Shown here: positions 37,130 to 51,690 of the stretch, one piece after another
Layout of the letters: the number at the start of each line of letters is the position of its first letter
Position numbering within the stretch: position 1 is the first letter of the stretch
NCBI GenBank assembly: GCA_951406725.2
Contig: OX597829.1
Location: forward strand, 52,452,001-52,516,000
Reading direction: 5' to 3'
DNA: 64,000 nt
Origin: Octopus vulgaris
Lineage: Eukaryota
Translations under genes and position numbers: made by a program
The notes under the pieces: generated by a model
What the model was told of the DNA's origin: nothing
What the model saw: the letters and a program-made list of their open reading frames with translations, nothing else
The model's database searches: none

Positions 37130-37290
37130 TATAACATGTAAGAATATTAATATTGTTATATGTGTAACATAACACATGTAAGAATATTACATATTTATGT
37201 TGTTATATATGTAATATATAGCATTTAAGAATATTACATATTAATATGCAGTTAGTGTATTACATATTAGTATTGTTATATGCATGTAAT
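37130..37290. repeat. Degenerate AT-rich tandem repeat (~35-45 bp)
   Basis: aacatgtaagaatatta...ttgttatat recurs three to four times. Confidence 0.65.
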
Positions 37291-37564
37291 CAGTAATACT
37301 GAGTAAATTTGTATTTCTCCAGATTTATTTTTCTAGTGTTTCAATATTTTAAATGTGAAATTAAAAATGCTTATAATTAAATCCACTCCCAATCAACCAC
37401 TTCTACGTGCATTGTACACTTCGTTTCTAATATCTACCTCATCCCTGCTTCTCCTGATCATTTTCTACCTTCCCTACTAAACGGGAGTGAGTAACTATGC
37501 AATGCTACCCTTCACCTTCTCTCATACTTTGTCCCCTATTATAAAGCTGATCCCTTCTCTCTCA

Positions 37565-37815
37565 AGGTTGTCATGGTCTTGTAAGCTGCATGACAACCTC
37601 ACTAATGCTGGTGCCATGTAAAAAGCATCCAGTACGTTCTGTGAAGTGGGTGGCATTAGGAAGGACATCCAGCTGTAGAAACCTATGTCAAAGCAGACAC
37701 TAAAGCATGGTGCGGTCCTTGGATCTGTTGGATTCTGTCAAGCCATCCAGCCCATGCCAGCAAGGAAAATGAGTGTGAAATAATCATGACGACAATGTTG
37801 ACAATGATGATGATG
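37565..37815 (+). mobile_element. Retroposon family C
   Basis: ggtgccatgtaaaaagcatc...ggcattaggaaggacatccagctgtagaaac...tgatgatga. Confidence 0.72.
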
Positions 37816-39625
37816 AGACTGCTGATACTAAGTATACTACAGCCAAAGCATTAGAAATTATTTTTATGCAAACTCAGCCGTCCGTTTTACTTAGATACTG
37901 AATGTATAAAAACTTATTAAATGAACTTGTTTTTAACTCGTGTTATTTCCATAGTAGTCCTGTACTGAGTGATTCATGGTATTTCACTGGGAAGGTCTTC
38001 AACTTAATAAATATCACACATTCAGAATTCATTTACTTTTCTCTTCCTTGCATCATTCTTTGAATGTCTGTCTGTCTAGTTATTTTCGTTGTTATATCTA
38101 TTTATCTATCTACCATATTATAGAATTAATATCTAGCTAGGTTCCCTTGTCCTATTTAGTATAAATTTGTAGCAAATTCTAATAACATTTAAACATGTTG
38201 AAATGTTCCAATTTTTTTTCTTATTCTCATGTTTGGGAGGGTCTGAAAAGGAGATCTGTGTACACCACTCCTTTTTTTTTGCCTGTTATTTTGTTTGAAG
38301 CAAGTATTTCACAGTGTAATATTCTTATTAGTAATAAATCTATTGCAAAATAGAAATGGTGTCAGTTAATATGACACCACTGTTAGAAACTAATAAAGCA
38401 ATTTAGTGACATTGACAGTCTGTCTGTACGTTAAAGCTTATGGCAGAAGCTATATTCTTCCAATGTCGGTTAAAAAAAAAAAAATTGTGTATTTGGAATG
38501 TTTGTTCTTCTAATTAAGTTAAAATAGCGAGCAGTTTCAGACTGGCCACCAAGTTATAACTCTCTCTTTTGGAATTTGTTGGGGATTGGGTGTTTTATAA
38601 ACAGTTATATGTATTTTTATCACTATAAACTTGTGTTTCTGCACACAGATTGACAAGCGTTTGTCACCTGCCGATATATTTATTTCATTAACTTGTCTAT
38701 TTAATTGCTTTACCATCATCATCTGGTTGAACTTGCTTGGACATTTTTAACCCACACACGCACCATCCATCTTGGTCCTGCATTTGATGTGGGACGAATA
38801 TCTAAGTGAATGTGAGTCGTGGAATGTCTTTTGATTGCTAATTTCTTGTCTCTGGCTGCAGGTCCTACAGGCAATCATTGCCAAATTCTGATCTAGAATT
38901 GTTTGACAATGTGACAATGTTTTAGCTATTGTAGTAGCAATTAATGTTTTTTGTTATGCATGTTTATCAGTGTAAAATAAATATTTAGAAAATTCTGCTA
39001 TGCTTTCTCCAACCCTTTTTATATAAAAGGGTTTAAATTTATAAATTCTTGATCAAGAGGTGATACCACTTAATAAATCAGTTTGGATTCACAAGTCAAT
39101 TATCCATATATGACATGTAAAAAAAAAAAAATAAAAAAGCAGCTTTAGAAACTGGTGGTGGTCTGTCAGCCAAAGTTATTGAGGGAAGATAATGAATTTG
39201 GATAAAGTTGTGTCAGGGTAAGAGAAGGAGGCATTTGATATTTTTGGGATTATCCTTTTGTCTAAAAGAAAAAAAAAATCATCGGCTGATATCAATATTT
39301 TACATCTTGGGTTGTACTTGTTGGGTTTATTATAAACTATTTTACTTTACAAATACTTTACAAATACTATAATCATGTGCTTAGTTTTGAAATGAAATAG
39401 AAACAGTGTATCCCAAGATACAACAGAATATTTCAGCTGATGAGTTGAGGTCAGGGTTCTTGCAAACAAAATCAGAGATGTAATGTGTGTGTGTGTGTGT
39501 GTGTATATAGCATTCTGAAATATAGTATTTCAGTCCATCTTTTTGTAAACCACATAGAGATATGAAAAACCAATAATTTGACTTATGGTTACTTGTTGTG
39601 TAATCATTTTAAAATTGTTCACTTC

Positions 39626-39656
<31 letters not shown>

Positions 39657-40598
39657 CTTATATGCTTGTTCATGAAGGAAAATATCAATATCCAAAATGA
39701 ATTGTTTAATCTGGATACCTCATTTAATACAAAAAAATGCTTTGTGTATCGTATCTGGTAAAATTTGTAACAACTTTTTAACCAAGTTTTTTTAAACTGA
39801 AGCAGTGTCAAAGATAGTGATGGCTATTTAAATCAGTTATTCCTAGCTGAATACTACTTTTGTTATGTTAATTATGAACTGTGTTTTATGTTTCTGCAAA
39901 TTCTCTTGCAGAAATGAAGAAAGGGAAAATCTTTTATGCTTCCATGTAGTATAGGGAAATTAAAAACAACTTTGTCATCTTCAGTTTCTGAAATTCGTTT
40001 TTTCTCCCCCATTAGAAATGTATCCATTTTGGAAATAATGAATGACTAAATTTGGTGTTTGTTGCAGCAATATTTAAATAAAAGCCTAAATATTCCCACA
40101 ATTGTAAATTCTTCATTTGTTCATGTATGCATATATGCACACACCTCTGCCAACTTTCAACTAATTGCCCTCACTTCCAAAGTCTCAAATACAGTTTTTG
40201 GAAACTCTTGTAAACAGTCGCCTCTCAGATGGCTCAGTGTGGGAGCTTCTATATTTCTCACTTAAATCTGTCCAAAATAGCAGTCAAATCTCCTTCAAAT
40301 CACACCTTACCATCTTAAAAGTAATTCAACTGAAAAAGACAAGGTGATCACAACTGGAATATTGTTGATCTAAGTTTGCTCAATTGAAGTTAACTTGGAG
40401 TTAGACAACTTCCTCCACCCCATCTCTCCTTTAGCATTTTGAGTCTGACCCTTCCTAAGTGTTCATCAGCTTGGTTTTCTAGATCCACATCTGCTGGAGA
40501 TTTTCCTATATTTTGCATCAGTGGTTTCTTGCTTTTGAGAATTTTAGCAAAAGCAGTTTTGATGCATTTTACATTAATAAAACCTTCAACCATGTTTA

Positions 40599-40861
40599 TT
40601 AACCCTTTCATTACAAACTCGGCTGAAACCATCTCTGGCTCTGTAGTACAAATGGCTGAAACCGTCTCTGGCTCTGTAGTATTAATGTCTTGTTTTCATA
40701 AGTTTTTAATTAAAATTTTCCACCAAAGCTTAGTCACAATTAATGTTCCTAACACTAGCTTAATGATAATTAAGTTATTTTACTAAAATTCTTTGTCATA
40801 TCTAAAATAATTGAAAGAAACACAGAGCATCTCAAAATAAATACAGTAATGAAAGGGTTAA
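40599..40861 (+). mobile_element. TTAA-flanked piggyBac-like MITE family D with an internal 33-bp tandem duplication
   Basis: ttaaccctttcattac ... gtaatgaaagggttaa; ggctgaaaccRtctctggctctgtagta occurs twice. Confidence 0.88.
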
Positions 40862-41610
40862 GTTTGTTGCTTATTCATGAGCACTATTTATCTTTCTCAT
40901 CTTTTGAATTGAAAATTTCCCATCAGTCCATCCCATAGCATTGTACACTCATGGACTATCTCTGACCTCTCGCCCATACACCACCAATTTTGATGAAATC
41001 TAAACTCTGTTTCCCCACATTTTCTTTTTGTACCAGCGAGATTAGCCTGTTTACTGTCATTTCGATCACACACAACCTTCCTTTCTCTCTCCCACACATA
41101 CATACATGCATGTGTGCATGCTCATTCTTATATAGATGTCAGCCCTATTCCACTTTAACCTTTGAAGCAAGTATCAAGTCAACAATGGAAGCCCTTGGGT
41201 GGCTTGGCCTGTTGGAAATAGCAGCCAAATCTCTTTGAGATCACAATTTATTTTTAAAAAAACACAGTAGGCAAAACTGAAATGCATTTGATGACCTGGG
41301 TAAGTTTGATTAGAACTGATCTGGTGCTAAACTGCAGCAACATTCTGGTTTCATCACCATCATACAGCATAGAATATCTCACCCTGTTTTTTCACTGCTT
41401 CTATGAACAGAGATTTTGAAAACTTCCTTCAGTGAGAATATGACAACAGCATAAAAATCCAATCTCTTCACAAAACAAAGAGTCTGATGCATCATTCTTT
41501 TGTGATGAGCAATACACATCTAAAACCCATCAAAATTACAATAACTGCTGGGCCTCACCATTTTTTGTTTTGTGACACCCTCACATAGACCTGACATGAT
41601 TAATATCAAA

Positions 41611-41828
41611 TGGTGGCGAGCTGGCAGAAATGTTAGCACATTAGATGAAATGCTTAGCGGTCTTTCGTTTGTCTTTCACATTCTGAGTTCAAATTCCACT
41701 GAGGTCAACTTTGCCTTTCATCCTTTTGGGGTCGATAAATTAAGTACCGGTTGCATACTGGGGTCAATCTAATCGATTGACCCCTCCTCCCCAAAAATTG
41801 TGGGCCTTGTGCCTAGAATAGAAAAGAT
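41611..41828 (+). mobile_element. SINE family A
   Basis: ggcgagctggcagaaatgttagc...gggtcgataaattaagtacc...ccttgtgcctagaatagaaaag. Confidence 0.85.
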
Positions 41829-42829
41829 TACTGAAATCAAAACAGCAGCTCAAAGACTAGGCACTCTGTTCAAAGCCAGAAAATACTTTGACTCTGATCA
41901 GTTAGTAATTACCTACAAATTCCATATGTAACCTACAGTATAGAGATGCACACAGACAGGGCAAAGTGATGTTGCTGCTATACAGATAAATCCTTATCTG
42001 AAACTGGAAACCAAGGCCAACAAACTGATATGCAAACATTCACCCATGAATAGGACAACAAGTACAACATGACTTTCTGGACATTGTTGGTCCAGAACCT
42101 CATACAACCAGCACTAATTTACACTAATAAACAGGTATCATCATCAGCATCATCATTTAAAGTAAATTTAATATTTGTTTAATTCAGAGTGTGTTCACCA
42201 AGGTAACTAGCTCTGGTTTGAAAAGGTCTCTAGACCAGAAAGGTTTTTGAATCAAAGGCTCCAAAAAATCAATGTTGCACCTGTATTTAATCTCCTCTTA
42301 ATCCCTTCTAAAATGGCCTCTACTCCTCCGATCTTGGTTATTCGCAGGCCCATCTAATGCTTTCTCCTCTAATCCTCATCCCTGTTGTGTGTCATCTCCT
42401 AGATTCCTCTACGTATTTTTACTCCATCTTTCCTCACAGAAGTACAATTCTGAAGTTCCTGCCCAAGGTTAGTTCTGATCAGAGGCTTTCCATCTGTGTC
42501 CTTCATGCCTCTTGTTTAAGTGCTTGTAGGACTATATTATTTCTTGTATATTTCCTATTTCAAGATGCTTAAGTGTGATTTGAAGGAGATTTTAGTTGCT
42601 ATTTCTAGTAGACAAGTGTCTCCTCCTTTCTTTGTTTTTCCCGTCAGTGTTGACCTACAGATGTTCAAACTTGAACCTTAACCACATCAACCATGTTAGT
42701 CTGAGAAGACCTGAAGTGCTTGGCATTTCTTTTGACTAACATTTCACTTGTTCTTGTACTCATGTGTTCTCACACTCATCACTCACTTGTTCTTGCTCTT
42801 CCACTCACTCACTCACTTTTGCACCCTCT

Positions 42830-43268
42830 TGTATGCTCTCACTCGCTCTTGTTTTCACTCATGCTCTTACTGTCACTTGCTCTTTCACTCACGCTCTTAC
42901 TGTCACTCGCTCTTTCACTCATGCTCTTATTCTCACTCACTCTTTCACTCACGCTCTTACTCTCACTCACTCTTTCACTCACACTCTTACTCTCACTCAC
43001 TCTTTCACTCACGCTCTTACTCTCACTCACTCTTTCACTCGTGCTCTTATTCTCACTCACTCTTTCACTCACGCTCTTAATCTCACTCTTTCACTCACAC
43101 TCTTACTCTCACTCGCTCTTTCACTCGCGCTCTTACTTTCACTCATTCGTTCACTCATGCTCTTACTCTCACTCACTCTTTCACTCATGCTCTTATTCTC
43201 ACTCGCTCTTTCACTCATGCTCTTACTCTCACTCGCTCTTTCACTCACGCTCTTATTCTCACTCGCTC
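42830..43268. repeat. 30-bp minisatellite, ~14 copies
   Basis: Unit ctcttactctcactcactctttcactcaYg; explains the 184- and 202-aa pseudo-ORFs. Confidence 0.92.
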
Positions 43269-44933
43269 TCTTAACTGTCATCACTTGTTCTTGCTCTCTC
43301 ACTTATTTTCCTACTCATCCAATCTCTCAGTTACCCATTCTCACACTCGTTCATTCATCCCTTTTTCTATGACAGTAAAAATGGAATTAAATATTCTTGA
43401 ACATATAAATTGTTGGAGGAAGTGTTTTTACAGCTGCATGTCTTATCTGCTGCTAACCGAACTCATTTGTTGAGTAAAAGCGAATCTGTTGCCAGTCAGC
43501 TAGATTGAAGCAAGCAAAGTTACTTACCTTCTCCAAAAGCAACACACTGGTCATAACGATAACTAATCACATGACCATTTTTTTAGCTCATGGTCCACTA
43601 ATGTAGCTCAGAGCCACTGTACATTACTGATTCAATATTTAGATTTAACAAATGGTATTGAAAAACTTCCTGTGTGATAATTTAAAATACTTACTAGCAT
43701 ACAGTATTTCAAATTTGTATGTAGTACTATTTTGCTTAACTGAAAAGCTTTTATATGTATTTATTTTCATCAATTTTATCATTTAATCTTAATTGTAGCT
43801 GCTCAGAAATATTTTGCACATAATTTGGTAATTTAATCTTATGCTTATAACACTCATTGTTAGGCACTAAAGTATACTAAAATTAAATAAAATTAAATCA
43901 TTTTCAAAATTTAGTTCTTTTATTAATTAAAATATAAAATAACAAACTTCATACTAACTTTCCTTTAGGATTGCATGCAAAAATCTGATGAATGAAGTAT
44001 TATTTATATGGTAAGTAAAGAAATCTCGCTTGAAAGTTTAATTTTTCAGTGAAACTTTGTAGTTTCATAAATAAATAAATAAATAAATAAAACAAATAGA
44101 AAGAAAATGAAGACAGTGGTCATTAAATGGAATCAAAAACTAAAGCTTTATTGTTGTCCTGTTTGCCAAATGCTCAACTACCTAGGAGTGATATGCATTT
44201 TGAAGTTATGTCAATAAATACTTCAGGTATTGAAAACCAGCTACATTCTTGTGTGTTTGTACACTTCCCGTTCAATATATCTGCTTTCTTTTTTTTTTTT
44301 TGTTTTCTTTTGTTAGGCCAGGGGCAAATCATCGTTCAGTGCATGAGTGTTATAATATAATGAATTTCCAGCTTGTAAACACATCTTCTGTGTGTTATGT
44401 GCTCTGTGTAAATGGCATTCCGTAAAGTCTAATCTAGCACAAAGGAAGCAATTTAATGGTGTTGATATTAATATCCTTTGGAGGAGATCAAAAAGCATTA
44501 AAACATACAAATCTATCAACAAGGAGTTACAAATAATATCTAGTCCATATAATCTTTGTAGGAAATATCAAAGGGTTCCATGGTTTGCACTTTGTGGTTA
44601 TATCATAATTCCTTTGTGCAGATGTAAAAACTTCCCTTTTTATCTGACATGTCTTTGAAGTTGGCTTTCAATGGACTGGCTATTTACAATTTAGGCATGT
44701 GCTGTTTCTTTGTGGCTCAAGTTTTTATTGCTTATTTTTATTTTTTTTTTTTTTCTTTCGTTCTCCCGCCAAATGTTTCAATCACATGCAATATATGCAC
44801 CTGCAGCTGTAATTTGGTTAAATATTTCTATTCTCACATTAATTAGCATCAATGCAATTATTTAATCCTTTCAATAGCAACCCACCTGAAAACACCTTTT
44901 AAACCAATGAAATGTCAGTTTAACATGAAAAAT

Positions 44934-45082
44934 TACGTTCTGAGTTCAAATTCTGTTGAGGTTGACTTTGCCTTTTATCCTTTTGGGGCTGATAAAATAA
45001 CTACCAGTTGAGTACTGGGGTGATTTAATTAACATTTCCCGCCTTTGCTGAACTTGCTGGCCTTGTGCCAAAATTCGAAACT
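44934..45082 (+). mobile_element. SINE family A (5'-truncated)
   Basis: tacgttctgagttcaaattc...ggccttgtgccaaaattcgaaac. Confidence 0.75.
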
Positions 45083-45089
45083 ATTATTA

Positions 45090-45455
45090 TTGTTCTTTTT
45101 AACTTTGGTTTTGTTGTATCTCCTGGAGTCTTGCATGCATAGCAGGCTTGCTGCCAGTAGCCTACGGTACCATGCTATCTGTTCTTTTCAACTATCTAAT
45201 ACTTTCCTGATTATTCTGGCCGTGCCAAGGAGGCAAACCTTTTGTGACAATTCTACTTGGCACTCTATTCCAATCTCCTTTTTATTCCTTTTGATGCCTT
45301 CCGATACTGTCCCCAAGGACCCAACAATAATGGATACTATCTTCACCTTCATTTTCAATAGCCTGGCTATTTCATACTTAAGAGGATTGTATAAATATCT
45401 TTTTTTCTCCTTCCTTCTTGACTAATCATGAGTCAAGGGGACAAGCAACATCAGC
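45090..45455 (-). pseudogene. R4/Dong-clade (RLE-type) non-LTR retrotransposon 3' end
   Basis: DVACPLDS*LVKKEGEK..YNPLKYEIARLLKMKVKIVSIIVGSLGTV...QKVCLLGTARIIRKVLD; 3' end abuts a (TAA)n tract. Confidence 0.82.
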
Positions 45456-45477
45456 ATTATTATAATGATTATAATAC

Positions 45478-45887
45478 TCTTCTCTCTTTACTCTTTTACT
45501 TGTTTGTCATTTTGACTGTGGCCATGCTGGAGCACTGCCTTTAGTCGTGCAAATCGACCCCAGGACTTATTCTTTGTAAGCCTAGTACTTATTCCATCAG
45601 TTTCTTTTTGCCGAACTGCTAAATTACGGGGTTGTAAACACACCACCATTGGTTGTCAAGCGATGTTGGGGGGACAAACACAGACACACAAACATATCCA
45701 CACACACACACACACACACATATATACATATATATGACAGGCTTCTTTCAGTTTCCGTCCACCAAATCCACTCACAAGGTTTTGGGTCAGTCCAAGGCTA
45801 TAGTAGAAGACACTTGCCCAAGGTGCCATGCAGTGGAATTATGTGGTTGGTAAGCAAGCTACTTACCACACAGTCGCTCCTATGCCT
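45478..45887 (-). mobile_element. SINE family B
   Basis: Colinear with 8858-9287. Confidence 0.88.
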
Positions 45888-46949
45888 AATTATTATATTT
45901 AAAAGATGTTATATGATTTTAAGATGATCTTTTATTTCACCAAACCTCATAATTCTTTGTTTTCTGAAAACCAAAATGACAGAGGTAGATGTGCTCTTGT
46001 TAAAAATATTGTCACAAAAGGGTTCACTAGGAAACAAACTTAGAATTTTACAATAATGCTACATGGCTATATTTCATTGACTGATTTCAGTTCAAATGGT
46101 CTGTTTCTGGTGTCTTAGAAGGAATTTAACCTTTGAAAACAAATCAATAAATAAAAAAAAAAGAAAAGAAAATCAAATACATATAAAAAGTTAAAAAGAA
46201 AAAAAATCAAGATGCTTCTCTTAGAACCAGACTTTTGTCTTCATTTGTTACCTGCTATTTTCTTGATATTTATAATATTTTATCAAATATAGTTTGCTTA
46301 TACATTTTATGCTCATATCTTGAAATGATAAATTTTTGTATCCTGAAATGTTTTTTTTTTTTTAAATATTTTTACTGCTACTGTTGTTGTTGTTATGGAA
46401 TCTTCTTGAGTTGAGCATATGTAGTTTTTGATTTATTTTATGTTAGACCTCTTTAAACCAAAACTTGTAAAGTACAATAAGTTCCTGTGTTGCCTCCAAC
46501 TGTGTTAACACATTTGTTAGTAGTGCATGCATGAAGGGTTAGTGTTGTTGAATTTCGTAAAGAAATCACTAGCCTTCTCTTTTTCTCTCAGTTCTTCATT
46601 TCAACACATCCCCCCGTTTCAGGTCAGCCAGTGTTATTAATGTTTGTACAGTGAAAAGTAGGAGACAAGAAGCTGGCAGAAAGGGGTAGCATTTGTTTAT
46701 TGTTGCCTTGTGTTTTATTCAGGAAATAAGGGTTGGAGAAAGGTGTATGGACAAGGCTGGTTATAAGGAAAAGTGGAATTGGTACAAATTGTTGTGGATA
46801 GATAGGTAGAGAAGATGTAGATATGTTTTACTGTCTTGATGCTCCCTGAATTAAATATGTTAGTATTAACTATTAGAAATGGAGTGCGTGTGTTGATAGA
46901 TAATGTAGTAAAAGTGTTCTGAATGAGTTTATAATTATTATCTCTTAGA

Positions 46950-47050
46950 TGGTGGTAGACAGCATGACAGCTACTGCAATCTCTTTACACTCTGTGACTG
47001 GGCTATCAGCCGAGAAGAAAGACCAATTCTAGAAAACTTTTGCAAAGATA
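46950..47050 (+). pseudogene. Possible LINE AP-endonuclease fragment
   Basis: VVDSMTATAISLHSVTGLSAEKKDQF* resembles A.IIS.YAPQ.GL....KD.F of RTE endonucleases. Confidence 0.35.
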
Positions 47051-47342
47051 GACCTGAATTAATAGAGGTTAGGGTTAAAGAGAAAGGTGGAAAGAATTTG
47101 GGTTGTTAGCACAATTATGCACTTCCTGTATGTAGCACCAAATGTATAAGAGCAAATTAATGTTTATGGAAAAGGAAATTTGATGGTTTAGGACTGTTCA
47201 AAATCTTTCAAGCCTAGATGTGTTGATTTGGATGGCTAGGAGGAAAGGTCAGTATTAAACATTAAAAATATACCAACTTCAAGTTAAGGGGTGCAAATGA
47301 TATGCGGTTGTGGTTTGATGAATTTAATATTTTAGATTAATA

Positions 47343-47685
47343 TTAATCCTTTAGCATTCAGATTACTGTCAAATCTAATGCATTTTTATTCACATTGTTT
47401 TGAATTAATCATACATTGTCTTCTAGCTTTGAGATTTCAATGATCTTGTCATTTAATGTCTGCTTTCCATGCTGGCTTGGGTTGGATGGTTTGACTGAAA
47501 ACTGGTAAGCTGGGGAGCTGTACCAGGTTCCAATTTGATTAGGTATGGTTTCTGCAGCTGGATGCCCTTCCTAATGCCAACCACTCAATAATATATTTTT
47601 TTGAATGACATTGTAGAATAAGTGGCTGTTCAAAAGAGTTAGATCCAACCTTTCACAAACAGAATATTTTAGTCATAAATTTGCC
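47343..47685 (-). mobile_element. MITE family E split by a family C insertion
   Basis: ttaatcctttagcattcag...gctttgagatttcaatgat|...|gaatgacattgtag. Confidence 0.65.
47445..47587 (-). mobile_element. Retroposon family C fragment nested in MITE family E
   Basis: tttccatgctggc...cagctggatgcccttcctaatgccaaccact; MITE sequence continues on both sides. Confidence 0.72.
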
Positions 47686-49839
47686 GAAATCTGTACATGC
47701 ATGTGCAGATGCATAGCTAGTCTTGAGTGATGGAAGTCTTCAATAGTGATTTGGTGGTTTGGGTTGAGGGTTTTATAGAAATATTGATGGTATGCTGGGG
47801 TTTGATAGGTTTAAGGTTTTATAACATCTTTGCTAGTATTGTCTATTTGGAAGGGTTTCTTGGCTGGCTGGCAGTTGGTTTTCAGTTGAGTGTCAGTGCC
47901 ATTATTGAAGAAGAATATGAAGCAATATAGTAGGTATTTGGCCCAGTACCACTCTCTGTTTTTTACACAACCCAATTTTAATAGTAAAGTATAAAGCTAT
48001 TCAGATTCTTCTGTTATTCAGTTTTTAGTTAATGATTCAAGAACAGAATAAAAGACTTTAACTTCATGTAAATTCTTTGAATTTGCTTAGAGAAATGGAT
48101 TTATTTATTTATCAACTTTAGCTACCCTTCATACTCTATTCCTTCATTAATTATCTCTTGGTAATAATTCTTGTGACCCACTCATCTTTTTCTAAATGGC
48201 CATTTTGAGAATCCCTGGAGTAAGAAATGTATCAAGAGTAGTTGATATGAGGTGAAGCATCCTCCAGCAGCAGTGATAATTTCCAATAAATCAAGAATTT
48301 ACATTGTAAGGTATTCGATATACTTGCATTTGTCTATAAGTATTATTCCTGGTTTAAATATTTTATTTCTTTGAAAAATCATAACTCTTATAACTGTTCC
48401 TCACCCACACACTGTCTGATTGGAGATTTGCTTTTCCCCCCCACTTTTTTTTTACCCTGGTTATAGCTGTTGTTTTTAGCCCCAGGTCAGCCCTGATAAC
48501 CAGCATTGCAGCCATGCCTGTCTTCTCTATTCTTCAGTATGGCTGAGATTGGTGGGTGAAGTAGGTTGCAAAAATGACTATTAGATTAAATTTTCTTGGG
48601 AGCAGCTAGTCAGACAACTTTTAAAAGTGTGCTGGGTTTTTTTTTTTGCATTTAACTACTAATATTACAGCATTCAACCATCCTTTGTTGTAAAGCTTGC
48701 ATTGTGTATGTGCATGTGTGCATGCACACGTGTGTATATATGTATGCATACATATGTGTGTGAGTATATGTAATTTGGAATGGGAAGTAAGCCTTGATAA
48801 ATATACAGCTTAACATCATTGTGAAAAGCATATGAAGTGATTATATTGCAGGTTTTTATCTCCCTCTGTGGACAGAAAAATGAAATAATGTGACTAGTTT
48901 CTAGTCTTAGTTTTTCATCAGAGAAAGAATAACCACTTTCTTCCTGCAGAAAGATTATTAGCTTATAACTGTTTATAATGTGTACAAACTTGGACAAAGC
49001 TAAGCCTTTTTACATATTACACACACATGTGCACATACACACACACTCACAAAACACATTAAAAAAAGGTAAGGAATTGTTTTATTTTCCGACTTCTGTC
49101 TTTAGAAATAGAAAATGCCATATAAATCCGCATGTCTCTTAGCATTGTTGCTAATATTGTTATTGCTCACCTGTAGTTGTTCTGCAGTTGATGTTGTTTA
49201 TATTTTATGTATTTTTTGTTGTTGTTTCACCCTAATATTGCCCTCATTGAGCAGATACATACAGAAAGGATGTTGCAACCATAATCATTGCATTTTTTTT
49301 TTATTATTGTATCTAGAACTACATTATGTATTTTTTTCTTTTGTTGATGTGATGGTATGTTGAGATTTGGCTACTATTCTTGTCAGGTTCTATCTTTTTT
49401 TTTTTTATTTGCTGGGTTTGGAGGAAAGGGTAGTGCTTACAGGCTTTTCACAAGCTCTCCACGCCAAGTCTGGTGAAACTGGTAGCATTAATGTCCTACT
49501 GAAACTGTTACAAACCAACACCGGCTGAACAGACATGAGCAGTGGCTGGTATTTATATAAGCCATTGTTCTGAAGAAGGATTAGATGTAGTGATTAGTGT
49601 GGAACCTGGCAGATTTCTCACCACATGGGTGATGAGAGGCAAATAGGCAAGTGACTTGAGAGTGCCCAAGTTTATTTCATATGTGGAGGTTTATCCTTCT
49701 GTAACGATGATCATGGTTGTCCCTTGTAGTCTAAAGAAGATGGTTCTGCAGTTTCTTGTTGAACAACCTCCATAAATGTTTTGCTTATAGTGATCAAATA
49801 TTTGTGCTGTTCATTAACTCAATCCCTCTATCAAATTGA

Positions 49840-50006
49840 TGTCACCTGTACAGGTGCACAGTGTATCACATGTCAGATATCAAAGTGATTGCAGAGCGAC
49901 ATCAGATGAAGTGTTTTGCTTAAGAACACTATGCACAACCCAGTCAAGGAACTGAAACTGTGATCTTGCGATAGTGAGTGTAGTACCCTACCCACTTGAC
50001 CATGCA
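49840..50006 (-). mobile_element. tRNA-derived SINE, same head/CORE as 23159, different tail
   Basis: aagtgttttgcttaagaacac is the reverse complement of the 23159 CORE-like segment; tRNA-like head toward 50006. Confidence 0.5.
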
Positions 50007-50800
50007 CACACTCTCGCTCTATAATAAAACATAGACAAAAGGGTATTCATCCAGTGTAATACCTGTTCTTAATATTTATGTTTGTATGGTTTATTTGTGT
50101 TAGTTTTTCCTTTTATAATCTTCTATTATAATATATTCACTTAGCTTCAGCATTTACATAAATTTCAAACAATGTAGATTATTGTAAGTTATGTTTCATG
50201 GAAAAAACATTGTGTGCTATTGAGCTTTTTTTTTTTTTGTAGTTAATTAATTGCTAACTGAAGTATAAATAATTGAGTAGCATTTAATGAATAGATTCTC
50301 AGTTTTATTTGGGAAAGTGTATTATGTTAGTGATTGTGTAATAATTTATTGTAAGTTATTTAAAACAATATGGATTTATTTAATGACAGAAATAGTAGAA
50401 TGCCATAAAAATACTGCTAATTATTATGTAATTTTCTTTCACAATCCAGATTTCAATCTTTGCTTTTCATAACACACAGATGTAATATTTCTGATAGGAG
50501 TAATATCTTCTTTTTTTGACTATGTTGGGCACAATCATGGATGCACCATATACCCTATTCACTATAAGTTTTGAATAGTGTTGTTCAGTTATTGAGTTTT
50601 TTCAAAGTTAGTAATATCTGGGGGTCATTGCTTCTTACTTGCATGCGATGGCTGTTGGGGTTTGTACCCTCATTCAACTTTAAAATGCAAGTCATGCAAG
50701 ATCCATTTGAGGTTCTTAGCTGTGGTCTCAATTGCTCGTCGAAGCCTGGGAGACATATCAAGAATAAATCAACCTCTATAATTTGCTTTATAATAAATAG

Positions 50801-51227
50801 TACCGTATATACTCGGCTACAAGTTGCACTTTTTCCCCCTGAAATTTTCACCTAAAGTTGGGGGTGTAACTTATAAAACTTATAAGTGCATCCTATAAAA
50901 AATCTTCAGATATTTTTTAGGTACAAGATATGTCTGAAGTTCCAACTCTTGGAATAATCAAAAGGATAAAGTTTTACATTATAAACAATGGTTTCTAAAA
51001 TGCATGGACTTAATGGGATAACAGTTGTTGTAAGTCATCTTCAGCTCACTGAAAGCTTGATTACCGAATAACAACTATGTCGGCGCGATTCCTAATTAAA
51101 CTTTGCTTTCCAACATGGAAAGAGTTACTGCGACTTATAGTCAGGTAAATGATAAAATTCCCAATTTGAACCTTGTAAGTCAGTGGTACATCTTATAGGT
51201 GAGGGCATTTTATAGTCAAGTATGGTA
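50801..51227. mobile_element. Tc1/mariner-superfamily (Tc2/pogo-like) non-autonomous element
   Basis: Starts taccgtatatactcg, ends ttatagtcaagtatggta (decayed TIR, TA ends); subterminal gacttatag-like motifs. Confidence 0.6.
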
Positions 51228-51496
51228 ATTTATAGTAATGCAGGGGATTTAAATCAATTAACTGCATCTGAAAACAAATTTCCTTGTGCTGCTAATGTGA
51301 TAAATCATTATTAAAAACCATTTGTAACAATTGAGTTCATAAAACATGTTTCCCAGTTCTAGATATTTATGAGGATAAGATAAATGAAGCAAGGACAAGA
51401 ACATCAAGGGAGTTTGGGAGGGACTAGTATATAATTTCAAATGTACAGATGCTATAACAATATTGGTAAAAGAGTTAACAAAAAGGACACAGCTTA

Positions 51497-51690
51497 TCAT
51501 CATCATCATAATTTAACAGCTATTGTCCATGCTGGCAGGCTGAATGGTTTGACAGGAGCTGACAATCCAGAGGACCATGCTAAGTACCAATGTCTGTTTT
51601 GGCAAGGACTCTAATGGTGGATGCCCTTCCTAACCCCAACCACTTTACAGAATGTATTAGGTGCTTTTTATATGACACGAGCAAGGCCAC
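51497..51690 (-). mobile_element. Retroposon family C
   Basis: catcatcat...ccatgctggc...ggatgcccttcctaa...ggtgctttttatatgacac. Confidence 0.65.

Noticed and set aside
42720-43372. 184-aa and 202-aa ORFs
   Set aside because: Translations of a 30-bp CT-rich minisatellite; open in several frames with low complexity.
45045-45425. 126-aa plus-strand ORF
   Set aside because: Antisense shadow of the R4/Dong remnant on the minus strand.
48886-48926. Minus-strand CTGATGA...GAAAC-ta-GTC hammerhead-like string
   Set aside because: Core words are present but neither stem I nor stem II can pair.
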